NCBI GenBank assembly: GCA_963819655.1
Contig: CAWFXA010000003.1
Location: 576,001 to 640,000, forward strand
Length of the DNA stretch: 64,000 nucleotides
Source: an uncultured Chloroflexia bacterium
Lineage (GTDB): Bacteria > Chloroflexota > Limnocylindria > Limnocylindrales > CSP1-4
Direction: 5' to 3'
The number at the start of each line of letters is the position of its first letter. Position 1 is the stretch's first letter. Below, one piece after another: positions 51,792 through 61,814 of the stretch. A program made the position numbers and the translations under genes. Under the pieces are notes generated by a model. It was not told the DNA's origin and did no database searches. It saw nothing but the letters and a program-made list of their open reading frames with translations.

Positions 51792-51842
51792 ACCATGTCG
51801 GTTCCTGAAGCGCCTAACCATGTGGGACACGGAGGTGACGGC

Positions 51843-52544
51843 ATGACCACAGACGCTGCACTGATGGACCGTGCGGATTGGCTGGCTGAGCGTCGCGCTG
51901 CAGTCAAGGCCCAGTACGACTCAGAGGCGCCCGACTACGACGACAACCCCTACCCCACGACTTCCCACGCCGCGTTCGTCGCCCGTCTGCTCGACACCTG
52001 CCCGCCCGACGGCCTCGTGCTGGATGCGCCATGCGGCACCGGGCCGTACTTCGCCCAGGTCCGCGCTGCCGGTCGGCGCGTCGTCGGCATCGACCAATCA
52101 GCCGGCATGCTCGAACAGGCCCGCTCGAAGGGCCTTGCCGACCGACTCGAGAACGTGGGGCTCCAGGAGATGTCGTTCACGGGTGACTTCGACGGGTCGA
52201 TGACGATCGACGCCATGGAGAACGTGTCACCCGAGGACTGGCCGGTCGTCCTGGCCAGCCTGCATCGAGCCGTCAAGCCCAGTGGGCATCTGTACATCAC
52301 GGTCGAAGAGGTTCCCGACGCGGACATCGACGCAGGCTTCGCCGACGGCCGGTCGAAGCGCCTTCCGCTCGTTCGCGGTGAAGTCATCGAAGGCGACACG
52401 GCCGGCTACCACTACTACCCGGGTCGCGCCCAGGTGGGCGCGTGGCTGATGGCCGAGGGCCTGGAGATGGTCGCCGAGGCGTCCGACTGGGAGGATGGCT
52501 GGGGCTACTGGCACCTTCTCGTGCGATCCCGCGCGCCTGGGTAG
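51843..52544 (+). CDS. Class I SAM-dependent methyltransferase
   Basis: VLDAPCGTG, GIDQSAGML; GGAGGTG RBS. Confidence 0.9.
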   Translation: MTTDAALMDRADWLAERRAAVKAQYDSEAPDYDDNPYPTTSHAAFVARLLDTCPPDGLVLDAPCGTGPYFAQVRAAGRRVVGIDQSAGMLEQARSKGLADRLENVGLQEMSFTGDFDGSMTIDAMENVSPEDWPVVLASLHRAVKPSGHLYITVEEVPDADIDAGFADGRSKRLPLVRGEVIEGDTAGYHYYPGRAQVGAWLMAEGLEMVAEASDWEDGWGYWHLLVRSRAPG

Positions 52545-52555
52545 TCTTCACGCGG

Positions 52556-53065
52556 CTAGGTCGACCGGAAGGGGTCGAATTCTGTAGCGCGGGCCATCGC
52601 TTCCACGTACTCCGGCATCGCCCACCGACGCTCGAGATCAGCCGGGTCGACGTCCTCGATGCGGGCCATCACCCACCACAGGTTGCCGAGCGGGTCGCGG
52701 ATCCGGCCGGCGCGGTCGCCCCATGGCATGTTCCCCAGGGCTGTGACCGATTCGCCGCCCGCGCGGATCGCCCGCTCGAAGGTCGCGTCGGCGTCAGGCA
52801 CATAGATCCGGAGGAAGGCAGGCGTCTCGGGCCAGTGCGGCCGCGCGTCGAACGCGAGCACAACCGATTCACCGACGAAGAATTCGGCATGGCCGATCGA
52901 GCCATCTTCGTTCGTGACGCGGCCGATCTCCTTGGCGCCGAATGCCGACTCGGCGAATCGGATCACCCTCTCCGTATCGCGCGAGATGATCCACGGGCAG
53001 ATCGTTCCGTAGGGCTCCGGGACGCTCGGGTCGCGCGCGGGCTTGGTCGTTTCTGGGGTGCCCAT
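52556..53065 (-). CDS. VOC family protein
   Basis: IGHAEF, MPWGDRAGRIRDPLGNLWWV. Confidence 0.9.
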   Translation of the reverse strand: MGTPETTKPARDPSVPEPYGTICPWIISRDTERVIRFAESAFGAKEIGRVTNEDGSIGHAEFFVGESVVLAFDARPHWPETPAFLRIYVPDADATFERAIRAGGESVTALGNMPWGDRAGRIRDPLGNLWWVMARIEDVDPADLERRWAMPEYVEAMARATEFDPFRST

Positions 53066-53111
53066 CTGGCTCCTTCGATGAGGTCGATTTGACACTCCGG
53101 ATGCTATCGGC

Positions 53112-53138
53112 TAACTAGGTCAGATTCGGTCCTAGTTA
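53112..53138. promoter_or_regulatory. Inverted repeat, probable YafY/WYL operator
   Basis: TAACTAGG-N11-CCTAGTTA between the divergent VOC and WYL genes. Confidence 0.7.
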
Positions 53139-53155
53139 TCGTGGAGAATCTGTCT

Positions 53156-54181
53156 ATGAGCACGTCTTCCCGGCTGCTCGCCCTCCTCTCGCTGCTCCAG
53201 ACACCGCGCTCGTGGTCGGGCGGCGAGCTCGCAGCCCGGCTGGAGGTGAGTCGACGCACCGTGCGTCGCGACGTGGATCGGCTTCGCGATCTGGGCTATC
53301 CCGTCGAGGGCACCCTCGGCGCTGACGGGGGTTATCGCCTGGGGGCTGGGAGCGACGTGCCGCCGCTCCTGCTCGATGACGACGAGGCGGTCGCGATCGT
53401 CATCGGGCTTCGGACGGCTGCGATCCAGGCAGTCGCTGGGATCGATGAGGCCTCCGCCCGGGCGCTGGCCAAGCTCGAGCAGGTGCTGCCCGCCCGGCTT
53501 CGAACTCGGTTCGAGGGGCTGCGCGCGGCGACATCGCACATCGACTGGTCGCAGGCTCCGAGCGTCGACCCGGCCGTCCTGACGGTCGCCGCCCGGGCCA
53601 TCAGCGGCCGAGAGCAGCTCCGATTCACCTACCTGACCCCGACCAGAGCGTCCGGACGGCGGTCGGTCGAGCCGCGCGCACTGGTCGTCCTCGGGCGGCG
53701 TTGGTATCTCGTCGCGTGGGACCAGGATCGCCAGGACTGGCGGATCTTCCGGGTCGACCGGATGATGGATCCATGGTCGACGGGCAGGCCGCTGCCGGAG
53801 CGCGAGCTACCCGGCGGAGCGGATCCCGCGACGTACGTCAGGGACAACCAGCTCAGCCTGGCGCCGACCTATCGGATGGTGGCGACACTCGATGCGCCCA
53901 TGAGGCGCGTCGCGGCTGCGGCCGGTGGCGCTGCCGAACTCGAGCCGGTCGACGCCAGTCGCACCCGGATCACCATCGACGGCGACACGCTCGAGTGGCT
54001 GGCGTTCCGGCTCATCCTCCTCGACTGCGACTTCGAGATCCACGAGCCGCCCGAGCTCGAGGAGTACCTGGGAAGGCTGGCTCAGCGGCTGGCCAGGCGA
54101 GGCTCGCAGACCGGGCGCCCTAGGCGGGGACGCCCTCGTAGGCCTCGCGCAGCTTCTCCACGTCGATCTTCTCCATCTTGA
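53156..54181 (+). CDS. YafY-type HTH-WYL-WCX transcriptional regulator
   Basis: ELAARLEVSRRTVRRDVDRLR, RRWYLVAW, FRVDR; true stop may be 54123 if an indel is present. Confidence 0.92.
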   Translation: MSTSSRLLALLSLLQTPRSWSGGELAARLEVSRRTVRRDVDRLRDLGYPVEGTLGADGGYRLGAGSDVPPLLLDDDEAVAIVIGLRTAAIQAVAGIDEASARALAKLEQVLPARLRTRFEGLRAATSHIDWSQAPSVDPAVLTVAARAISGREQLRFTYLTPTRASGRRSVEPRALVVLGRRWYLVAWDQDRQDWRIFRVDRMMDPWSTGRPLPERELPGGADPATYVRDNQLSLAPTYRMVATLDAPMRRVAAAAGGAAELEPVDASRTRITIDGDTLEWLAFRLILLDCDFEIHEPPELEEYLGRLAQRLARRGSQTGRPRRGRPRRPRAASPRRSSPS

Positions 54182-54605
54182 GCATGGCTTCCATCGCTCG
54201 GGCCGCGGCTGCTCGGTCGTCGCTCTCGAGCATCTCGTTGAGCTGGCGCGGGACGACCTGCCACGAGACACCGAACCGGTCCTTGAGCCAGCCGCAGACG
54301 CTGTGCTCGCCGCCGCCCTGGACGAGAGCGTCCCAGTAGCGATCGACTTCCGCTTGGTCCTTGCAATCGATCGTAAAGGACACGGCTTCGTTGAACGTGA
54401 ACTCGGGGCCCCCGTTCAGGCCGATGAATGGGGAGCCATCGAGGGTGTACTCGACGGTGAGGACGGCACCCGCCGGCGTGCTCGGGTTGTCGGCCGCGGA
54501 GCGAACGACCTTGTCGATCCTGCTGTTCGGGAACAGGGACGTGTAGAAGCTAGCGGCGTCCTCCGCTTGGTTATCGAACCAGAGGCATGGAGTGATCGTG
54601 GGCAT
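54120..54605 (-). CDS. PhnB/3-demethylubiquinone-9 3-methyltransferase-like VOC protein
   Basis: ITPCLWFD, LNGGP, CGWLKDRFGVSWQVVP. Confidence 0.92.
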   Translation of the reverse strand: MPTITPCLWFDNQAEDAASFYTSLFPNSRIDKVVRSAADNPSTPAGAVLTVEYTLDGSPFIGLNGGPEFTFNEAVSFTIDCKDQAEVDRYWDALVQGGGEHSVCGWLKDRFGVSWQVVPRQLNEMLESDDRAAAARAMEAMLKMEKIDVEKLREAYEGVPA

Positions 54606-54742
54606 CGGGCTTCCTCCTTCAGCGATATCGAGGGCGGACTGTAAGCCTGAACGATGGATCGTCGAGGTTGCGCCAGCGCCCTGCGGCGGCGGGGTTGCAG
54701 GTCCCTTTCGGGTGCATCGCAACTGCTTCCGTCGGGCATGCT

Positions 54743-54947
54743 GCTGACCGGGAGTCAACGTTCTCCGTACGAGGCCGCGTTGGAGCTACTCCCGGTCGCC
54801 AACCGCTGACTGGGAGTCAACGATCGCGTCGTCGAGGCGGCGAACCAGACCGGTTACGGCCCAAAACGATGACCGACGGTCAGCGCCAGCCCGCCAAGGT
54901 CCGATCGGATCCGCCATACGGCCCAAAACGATGACCGACGGTCAGCG
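54743..54947. repeat. Four-unit degenerate palindromic array with ~62-bp period
   Basis: 18-mers containing TGAC-N5-GTCA at 54743, 54805, 54868, 54930; units 3 and 4 lie in a perfect 31-bp direct repeat (54855, 54917). Confidence 0.8.
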
Positions 54948-57207
54948 TTGCGCCGCGGCCGGCTCCCGCCCCCGGAGATACTCCCCGGTGAGTGACCCCG
55001 GCGCGTCGAGCAGCTCGGTGGGCGTGCCGGTGAAGACGATCTGGCCTCCCCGGCTGCCGCCTTCGGGCCCCAAATCGATGATCCAGTCGGCATTGCGGAT
55101 GACGTCGAGGTTGTGCTCGATGACGATCACGGTGTTGCCGCCGTCGACCAGGCGATCGAGCATCGCCAGCAGGTGGCTCGTGTCGGACATATGGAGCCCG
55201 GTCGTCGGCTCGTCCAGGACGTAGATGTTGCCCTTCCTGTGGAGCTCGCTGGCCATCTTGATGCGCTGGCACTCGCCGCCCGACAGCGTGCTGAGCGGCT
55301 GGCCGAGCGTGAGGTAGTCGAGACCGACGTCGCTCATGGCCTGCAGCTTGCGGACGATCTCGCGCTGGGTGAACGCGTCGAGGGCGTGCGCCACTGTCAG
55401 CCCGAGGACTTCGCTCACGTTCCGCCCGTCCAGCCTGTACTCGAGGACCTCGTCCTTGAACCGCCGGCCCTGACAGACCTCGCACGGGGTCTTGATGCCG
55501 TCGAAGAACCCGAGATCGGTGTAGATCACGCCCGAGCCCTTGCAGTTCTCGCAGGCGCCCTTCGAGTTGAAGCTGAATAGCCCGGCATCGACCTTGTTGG
55601 CCGTCGCGAACGCCTTGCGGATGTCGTCCATGACGCCGGTGTATGTCGCAGGGTTCGAGCGCGACGAGACGCCGACGGCCGACTGATCGATGACGATCGC
55701 CTCGGGGCGATCGGGCAGGAACACGCCGTCGATGAGCGAGCTCTTGCCGGAGCCGGCAACGCCGGTCACGACCGTGAGGACCGCCGTCGGGATATCGACA
55801 TCGACGCCCTTGAGGTTGTTCTCGCGCGCGTCGCGGATCGGCAGCCAGTCCGTCGGCGTGCGGACCCGCTCCTTGATCGGCAGCGAGCGATCGAGGTACC
55901 GGCCGGTCAGCGTGTCGGTGTGGCGGAGGTCGGCGAACGAGCCTTCGAACACGACCTCGCCCCCGGCGTCGCCGGCGCCTGGGCCCATGTCGATGAGGTG
56001 GTCGGCGACACGCATCACGTCCGGATCGTGCTCGACGACGATCACGGTGTTGCCCTTGTCGCGCAGCTTCTGGAGCAGTTCGTTCAGCCGATGCACGTCC
56101 CGCGGATGAAGGCCGATGCTGGGCTCGTCGAGGATGTACATCGCGTCGACCAGGCTGCTGCCAAGGTGCTTCACCATCTTGATGCGCTGCGACTCGCCGC
56201 CCGACAGCGTGTCGGTCTCGCGGTCGAGGCTGAGATAGTCGAGCCCGATGTCGACCATGGCCTGGAGGCGCTCGACGAGACTGGCGACGATCGGCTCGGC
56301 GACCGGATCGGTGAACAAGCGCACAAGAGCGATCAGGTCGCCCACCTCCATGGAGGCGAGCTCGGCGATGTTGTGGCCGTCGATCTTGGACCCGAGGGCC
56401 GCCTGGCTGAGGCGGGCGCCGTGGCATAGCGGACACGTCCTGAGGCGGAGGTACGGCGCGACGGCCTTCTGGGTCCGCTCGGGTCGGGTCTTGATGTCGC
56501 GCCGGACGTAGTCGCGCTCGAACTTCTCGAGGACGCCGAGGTACGAGGCGTTCATCGTCTTGTCGCCGATCCGCAACTTGTACTTGCGGTCCTTCCCCCA
56601 CAGCAGGAGGTCCATCTCCTCAGCACGTGAAATCGGACAGCTTCTTGTCGTTGTCGAAGAAGCCCGACGCGGTGTACTGCCCGACCTCCCAGTCGCCCCA
56701 CACGGGGACCTGGACGGCTCCCTCGTTGAGCGACTTCGACATATCGAGGAAGTCGTCCGACACGACGCCGACCTTCCTGCCGAGGCCATTGCACTCGGGG
56801 CACATGCCTTGCGGATCGTTGAAGGAGAACGCGTTCGAATAGCCGACGGACGGCTTGCCCACGCGTGAGAACAGCAGCCGCAGCAGCGTGAAGATGTCGG
56901 TGATCGTCCCGACTGTCGAGGTCGAGCCACCGCCGAGCCGCTTCTGGTCGACGATGACCGCCATGCTCAGGTTCTCGATCGCGTCGGCCTCGGGCTGTGG
57001 ATACCGCGGCAGGAAGCTGCGGACGAAGAACGTAAAGTTCTCGTACAGCTGGCGCTGCGCCTCGGTGGCGATCGTGTCGAACACGACCGAAGACTTCCCG
57101 GAGCCCGACACACCGGTGAAGATCGTGATCTCGCGCTTCGGGATGCGCAGCGAGATGTCCTTGAGGTTGTTCTCGCGGGCGCCGCGAACCTGGATGTACT
57201 CGGTCAT
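54942..57207 (-). CDS. Class II UvrA-like ABC ATPase (DrrC/UvrA2 type), frameshifted at ~56622
   Basis: GVSGSGKS and GVAGSGKS, two LSGGE signatures, CxxC fingers; short, apparently lacking the UvrB-binding domain. Confidence 0.9.
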
Positions 57208-57349
57208 GGCCTAAGGCTACCGAACTTGGGTTTGCCCGGGCGGCAGGTTCGCGGCGGTAGTGCCAAGGCCCCCCGACCTGCAACGCCGCCGTGACGGGCC
57301 GATCCGTCACGAACCTCCGCACCGCCGAGATTGGCGCTACGGTGGACGG

Positions 57350-59062
57350 GTGAGCCGGATCGCACCATCGGATCTGCGCGCGCTCGTCGATCGCCTGGGG
57401 GCCCTCTCGGAGCGCCGGATGGCCACGCTGCCGCGCACCGAGTCGGCCGCGGCGAGAGCACGGCAGCTTGCCGATCACCTCGCCGGGCACGTCCGGGTTC
57501 GCGCCGCGACCCTCGACGCGCCGCTGCTCGTGGTGCTGGTCGGACCGACCGGCGCCGGCAAGAGCACGGTCTTCAACACGATCGCCGGTCGGTCGGCGAG
57601 CGAGACCGGCGTCCTGCGCCCGACGACCCGGGTCGCGGTCGTCCTCGTCCATCCCGAGGATCGCGAAGCCGTGGTCGCCGGAGCCTTCGCACGGATCCCG
57701 CCGGGTCAGATGCGGTTCGTCGAGGACCCGTCGATCGAGCCGGGGCTGGTGCTGGTCGACGCGCCCGACATCGATTCGGTCGAGCACGCCAATCGTGAGC
57801 TCGCCGATCGCCTGGTCGAGGCGGCCGATCTGTGCCTCTTCGTGACGACCGCGACCCGCTATGCGGACCGCGTACCGTGGGCAGTGCTCGACCGCGTCCG
57901 CGAGCGGGGTCTCCCGCTGCAGGTGATCGTCAACCGGATGCCCGCCGACGCCACGGATCAGGCCGAGGTCCTGGCCGACGTCCGTCGGATGCTGATCGAC
58001 GCCAGACTCGACGAGGCCCAGACGGTGGGCGAGGACGCCCCGCCGCGTGAGGTGATCGCGGTCAGCGAGGGTGCGCTCGACGACACTGGCGACCAGCTGG
58101 AGCGATCCACGATCGCGCCCGTTCTCGATGAGATCGGTCGGCTCCGGGCGGACCGCGATGCGCGGCTGGCGCTGGCTCTCCGGGCGCTGACCGGGTCGCT
58201 GACCGGTCTCGGCGAGAGCCTGGACCGGATCGCCGACGACGCCGAGCACGAAGCGATCGACACGGAGGCGCTCCGCCGCACCGCCGATCGCGCCTACGAG
58301 AGCTCCATGACCTCCCTTCGTCAGGAGGTCGGTCGCGGGACCTTCTTGCGCGAGGAGGCCCTGCGCCACTGGCAGGACTTCGTGGGTGCTGACCAGATGA
58401 CGCGCTTCTTCTCGGAAGGCATCGGCCGGATCCGGGGGGCGATCGCGGCCGTGTTCCGGCCTGTCACGGCGCCCGTTGCCGAGGTCCGTGCGGCCACGAC
58501 CGAGGACCTCATCGCGGTCGCGCGGCTGCAGGCGGCCGAAGCCGCACGGCGGACGGCGACGGCCTGGTCCGATGCACCGGCCGTCGGCCGGGCACTCGCC
58601 GAACGACCGGAGCTGTGGGTCCCCTCCCCCGATTTCGGGGCCCGCTTGAGCGCTCGCCTCCAGGCATGGATCGAGGGCATCGTGATCGACATCCAGACAC
58701 ACGGCCGTCCGAAACGCCTGCTCGCTCGCGGTGCCGCGGTCGGTGTCAACGCGATGGGGACCGGCGTGATGCTCGCCACGTTCATCCACACCGGCGGGAT
58801 CACCGGGACGGAGCTCGGGGTTGCCGCGGCCACGGCGTTCCTCAATCAGAAGCTGCTCGCAGCCCTGTTCGGCGAAGCGGCCATGGCCGAGCTCGTTGCC
58901 GACGCGAAGCGCCGGCTGGACGAGGCGTTGAGCACGACATTCGACGAGGAGCGGGCGCGCTACGACCAGCTCCTGCCGGGCCCGGGCGTACTGAGCGACA
59001 TCGCCGAGGGTCTGCGCGCGGCCGCGGCCGAGGTGCGAGCGCTGCCCAGTCCGGCCGGATGA
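57350..59062 (+). CDS. Dynamin-like GTPase 1
   Basis: GPTGAGKS, RPTT, DAPD, VNRM; long helical stalk and hydrophobic paddle. Confidence 0.85.
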   Translation: MSRIAPSDLRALVDRLGALSERRMATLPRTESAAARARQLADHLAGHVRVRAATLDAPLLVVLVGPTGAGKSTVFNTIAGRSASETGVLRPTTRVAVVLVHPEDREAVVAGAFARIPPGQMRFVEDPSIEPGLVLVDAPDIDSVEHANRELADRLVEAADLCLFVTTATRYADRVPWAVLDRVRERGLPLQVIVNRMPADATDQAEVLADVRRMLIDARLDEAQTVGEDAPPREVIAVSEGALDDTGDQLERSTIAPVLDEIGRLRADRDARLALALRALTGSLTGLGESLDRIADDAEHEAIDTEALRRTADRAYESSMTSLRQEVGRGTFLREEALRHWQDFVGADQMTRFFSEGIGRIRGAIAAVFRPVTAPVAEVRAATTEDLIAVARLQAAEAARRTATAWSDAPAVGRALAERPELWVPSPDFGARLSARLQAWIEGIVIDIQTHGRPKRLLARGAAVGVNAMGTGVMLATFIHTGGITGTELGVAAATAFLNQKLLAALFGEAAMAELVADAKRRLDEALSTTFDEERARYDQLLPGPGVLSDIAEGLRAAAAEVRALPSPAG

Positions 59063-60714
59063 CACGCAAACAGGTGACGCCGCCCCTCGCCGAGGCGGCA
59101 GATCCCCTCCGGCGATGCCTCGCGACCCTCATCGACGCGGCCGACGCGGCCGACGTTTTCGGCGTCTCGAGCGACCGGGCACGGGCGGTCCACGCGGACG
59201 CCTCCCAGCGGCTTGGCTTCCCGTCGGACGCCTACGTGCTGGCATTGGTCGGCGGGACGGGCGTCGGGAAATCGAGCCTGCTGAATGCCCTGGCCGGTAC
59301 GACGGTGAGCACAGCGTCGGTCCGGCGGCCGACGACGAACGAACCTGTCGCATGGGTCCCGGCAGCTGATCGCGATGGGCTCGTGCCACTGCTCGCCTGG
59401 CTCGGCGTCGACGACATCCGCGAGCATGAGGCCGACGGCCTGCGTTCGGTCGCCATCCTGGACCTCCCGGACATGGATTCGGTCGAGACCACGCACAGGG
59501 AACGGGTCGAAGCCGTCCTCCCGAAGGTCGATGCCGTCGCATGGGTGACAGACCTCGAGAAATACCACGACGCCGTTCTGCACGACACTTTCCTCCGAAC
59601 GTGGGTCCCGCGGCTGGACCGTCAGGCCGTGATCGTCAACAAGGCCGACCGACTTGCCGACGACGACCGGTCGCGGATCCGACGCGACCTCGAAGCTGAT
59701 ATGGGCCGACGCCTGACCGCGGGCGGTCGAGAGGCCGTGCCGGTCCTCTTGACGACCGCCGCTCCGGCGCCGGATGTCGACGAACTCCGGGCGTGGCTGG
59801 TGGAGGGGGCGGCCGCCAAGGCCGTCGTGCGGGCGCGGGTCGCGGCGACGATCGTGGACCTGGCACGCGAACTGGCCGCCGACGCCGGCATCGACCCGGA
59901 CAGACCCGTCACGCCGTTCTTGTCCCCGGATGCACGAACGAAGGCGACCGAGGACGCCATCCGCGCGGTCCTGCGGGCCGTGGATCTGCCTGGCCTGGAG
60001 CGCCAGGCCGTGGCGGCGACGCGGGCCCGCGCCAGGGCGCGCGGCACCGGTCCGATGGGCCGCCTGACATCGCTCGTCTACCAGCTCTCAGGGCGCGAGA
60101 CCAAAGTGGCCGATCCGACCGGCTTCCTCGTGCGCTGGCGGGACCGGGGGCCGCTCTCCCCCGCCGTCGAATCACTCAGGGGCGCACTCGGTTCAGCGCT
60201 CGCGGATGCGAGCCCGACCGTGCGACCGGCACTCGCCGCGTCGCTGGAGCCCAACGAGCTTCGGCAGGGGCTCGAGCGGTCGGTCGACCGCGCCCTCGCC
60301 AATCTCGATCGTCTCGAGGCGCCGTCGAGTCGTTGGTGGTCGCTCTTCGGCCTGCTGCAGACACTCGCGACCGTTGCGATCGCCGTCTCCGCGGCGTGGG
60401 TCGTCCTGTGGATCCTGGCGCGGCCACCGGTCGACTCCGTTGATCTGCCGCTCATCGGGACCGTGCCGATCCCGTTCGTGGCGCTGATCGCCTCGATCTT
60501 CGTGGGCTACGTCCTCGCCCGCGCACTGGGTCTGCACGCCGGCTGGGTGGGCCGGCGCTGGGCGCATCGAGTGCGCGACCGAGTCGCCACCTCCGTCCGC
60601 CGCGAGATCAGGGAACGAGGATTGGGCCCGCTCGATGCACTCGAAGACGCTCGGAAGCGGTTGTCGACTGCTGTCGCGTTGCTGATCGGGGAGTGCGGCC
60701 GCTCACGAGGCTAG
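59059..60714 (+). CDS. Dynamin-like GTPase 2 with C-terminal TM hairpin
   Basis: GGTGVGKS, RPTT, DLPD, NKAD; ATGA overlap with partner. Confidence 0.85.
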   Translation: MTRKQVTPPLAEAADPLRRCLATLIDAADAADVFGVSSDRARAVHADASQRLGFPSDAYVLALVGGTGVGKSSLLNALAGTTVSTASVRRPTTNEPVAWVPAADRDGLVPLLAWLGVDDIREHEADGLRSVAILDLPDMDSVETTHRERVEAVLPKVDAVAWVTDLEKYHDAVLHDTFLRTWVPRLDRQAVIVNKADRLADDDRSRIRRDLEADMGRRLTAGGREAVPVLLTTAAPAPDVDELRAWLVEGAAAKAVVRARVAATIVDLARELAADAGIDPDRPVTPFLSPDARTKATEDAIRAVLRAVDLPGLERQAVAATRARARARGTGPMGRLTSLVYQLSGRETKVADPTGFLVRWRDRGPLSPAVESLRGALGSALADASPTVRPALAASLEPNELRQGLERSVDRALANLDRLEAPSSRWWSLFGLLQTLATVAIAVSAAWVVLWILARPPVDSVDLPLIGTVPIPFVALIASIFVGYVLARALGLHAGWVGRRWAHRVRDRVATSVRREIRERGLGPLDALEDARKRLSTAVALLIGECGRSRG

Positions 60715-60779
60715 ATACGTAAGAGCGGCGCTTCGGGTCCTCCCGAGCAACGCCGCCTCGGTCCAGGTTCGCGGCGCGA

Positions 60780-61172
60780 TCAGCAGTTGGAGGCGGCGAA
60801 CGCCACGACGTCGTTGAACGCGGAGGTGACGTCGGGCGGCGGGCTGGCGACCGTTCCGGCCGTCGCAGCGCTCGCGAGCCAGGTCCCGATCGTCTTGACG
60901 TCGCCTGCGACCGCCTCCAACGCGGGATCCATCGACCACGCGGACACGACGGTCGAGAGCGACGCCGCGGTCGTCGAGTCGACATTCGGCCAGTCGGCCT
61001 GTAGCTCCGAGGCGAAGTCCTGGCAGAAGCCTTCGAGACCTTCGGTCGAGATGCTCGCGGGCACCGACGGGATCGCGACCGACGGCACCGACGAGGCTGT
61101 GGCTCCTGAGCACGCGGTCAGCGCGACGGCCGCCACGGCGACAAGACCGAGGATGGAACGGCGAACGGACAT
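60780..61172 (-). CDS. Small lipoprotein
   Basis: Lipobox LTAC; two further Cys; GAGGTG RBS. Confidence 0.75.
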   Translation of the reverse strand: MSVRRSILGLVAVAAVALTACSGATASSVPSVAIPSVPASISTEGLEGFCQDFASELQADWPNVDSTTAASLSTVVSAWSMDPALEAVAGDVKTIGTWLASAATAGTVASPPPDVTSAFNDVVAFAASNC

Positions 61173-61288
61173 GGGGCACCTCTGGTGGACATAAGTCGTG
61201 GTGACCCTATTCCGTCGGTGGTGGCGTCAAGCTTCGGCCGTTCCCCGCCCGCGTGACGTCTGCCTTGCAGGTCCGCTGCTACTGGCTG

Positions 61289-61705
61289 TCAGTCGGTCGG
61301 AGCCGCGCCCCGCGTGCGCAGGCGATCCGTCAGCGCCGTGACAAGGTCGTAGCGGATCACCGGGAACTCATCCATGAGCCGCCTGAACCCGGATCGATCG
61401 ATCACGAGGGCTTCGATCGGCTCGTCCACGGTGACCGTTGCCGTCCGCGGGCGCCCGTCGATCAGGGCGATCTCACCGAGGAAGTCACCGGCCCCCAGCC
61501 GCCGGACGGTCCCGCCGCCCTGCGTGACGGTGGCCGACCCGCTGCGGATCACGATCAGCGAATCGCCCTCGTCCCCCTCCCGGACCAGGACCTCGCCGGC
61601 CGGGAAGCTCGCATCGCGGGCGATCCCGGCGATGATCTCGATGGATCGATCGCTGCAGCTCCGAAACAGCGGGATCGCGCGGATGGGATCGATGCTCGTG
61701 ACCAT
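61289..61705 (-). CDS. Stand-alone cNMP-binding protein
   Basis: IPLF, GDFLGEIALIDGRPRTATV. Confidence 0.92.
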   Translation of the reverse strand: MVTSIDPIRAIPLFRSCSDRSIEIIAGIARDASFPAGEVLVREGDEGDSLIVIRSGSATVTQGGGTVRRLGAGDFLGEIALIDGRPRTATVTVDEPIEALVIDRSGFRRLMDEFPVIRYDLVTALTDRLRTRGAAPTD

Positions 61706-61814
61706 GGCCTCCTCGTCGTGACGGACGCGACGACTCTAGGAACGAACCGTTAACGCCGCATCAACGACGACGATGGTGGGCATCGCATACTGGACGGCAG
61801 GAGGGCGACCGACC

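Noticed and set aside
54855-54947. CRISPR mini-array (31-bp repeat, 31-bp spacer)
   Set aside because: Only two exact copies, no cas genes or AT-rich leader, and the last repeat overlaps a stop codon; kept as a non-CRISPR array
56600-56640. Programmed frameshift in the UvrA-like gene
   Set aside because: No slippery heptamer; one of many similar indels in the window
56552-59065. 837-aa minus-strand ORF and similar long antisense ORFs (25242..26972, 41905..43359, 28655..30070)
   Set aside because: Arg/Gly/Pro-rich shadows of clear genes on the other strand, expected at high GC
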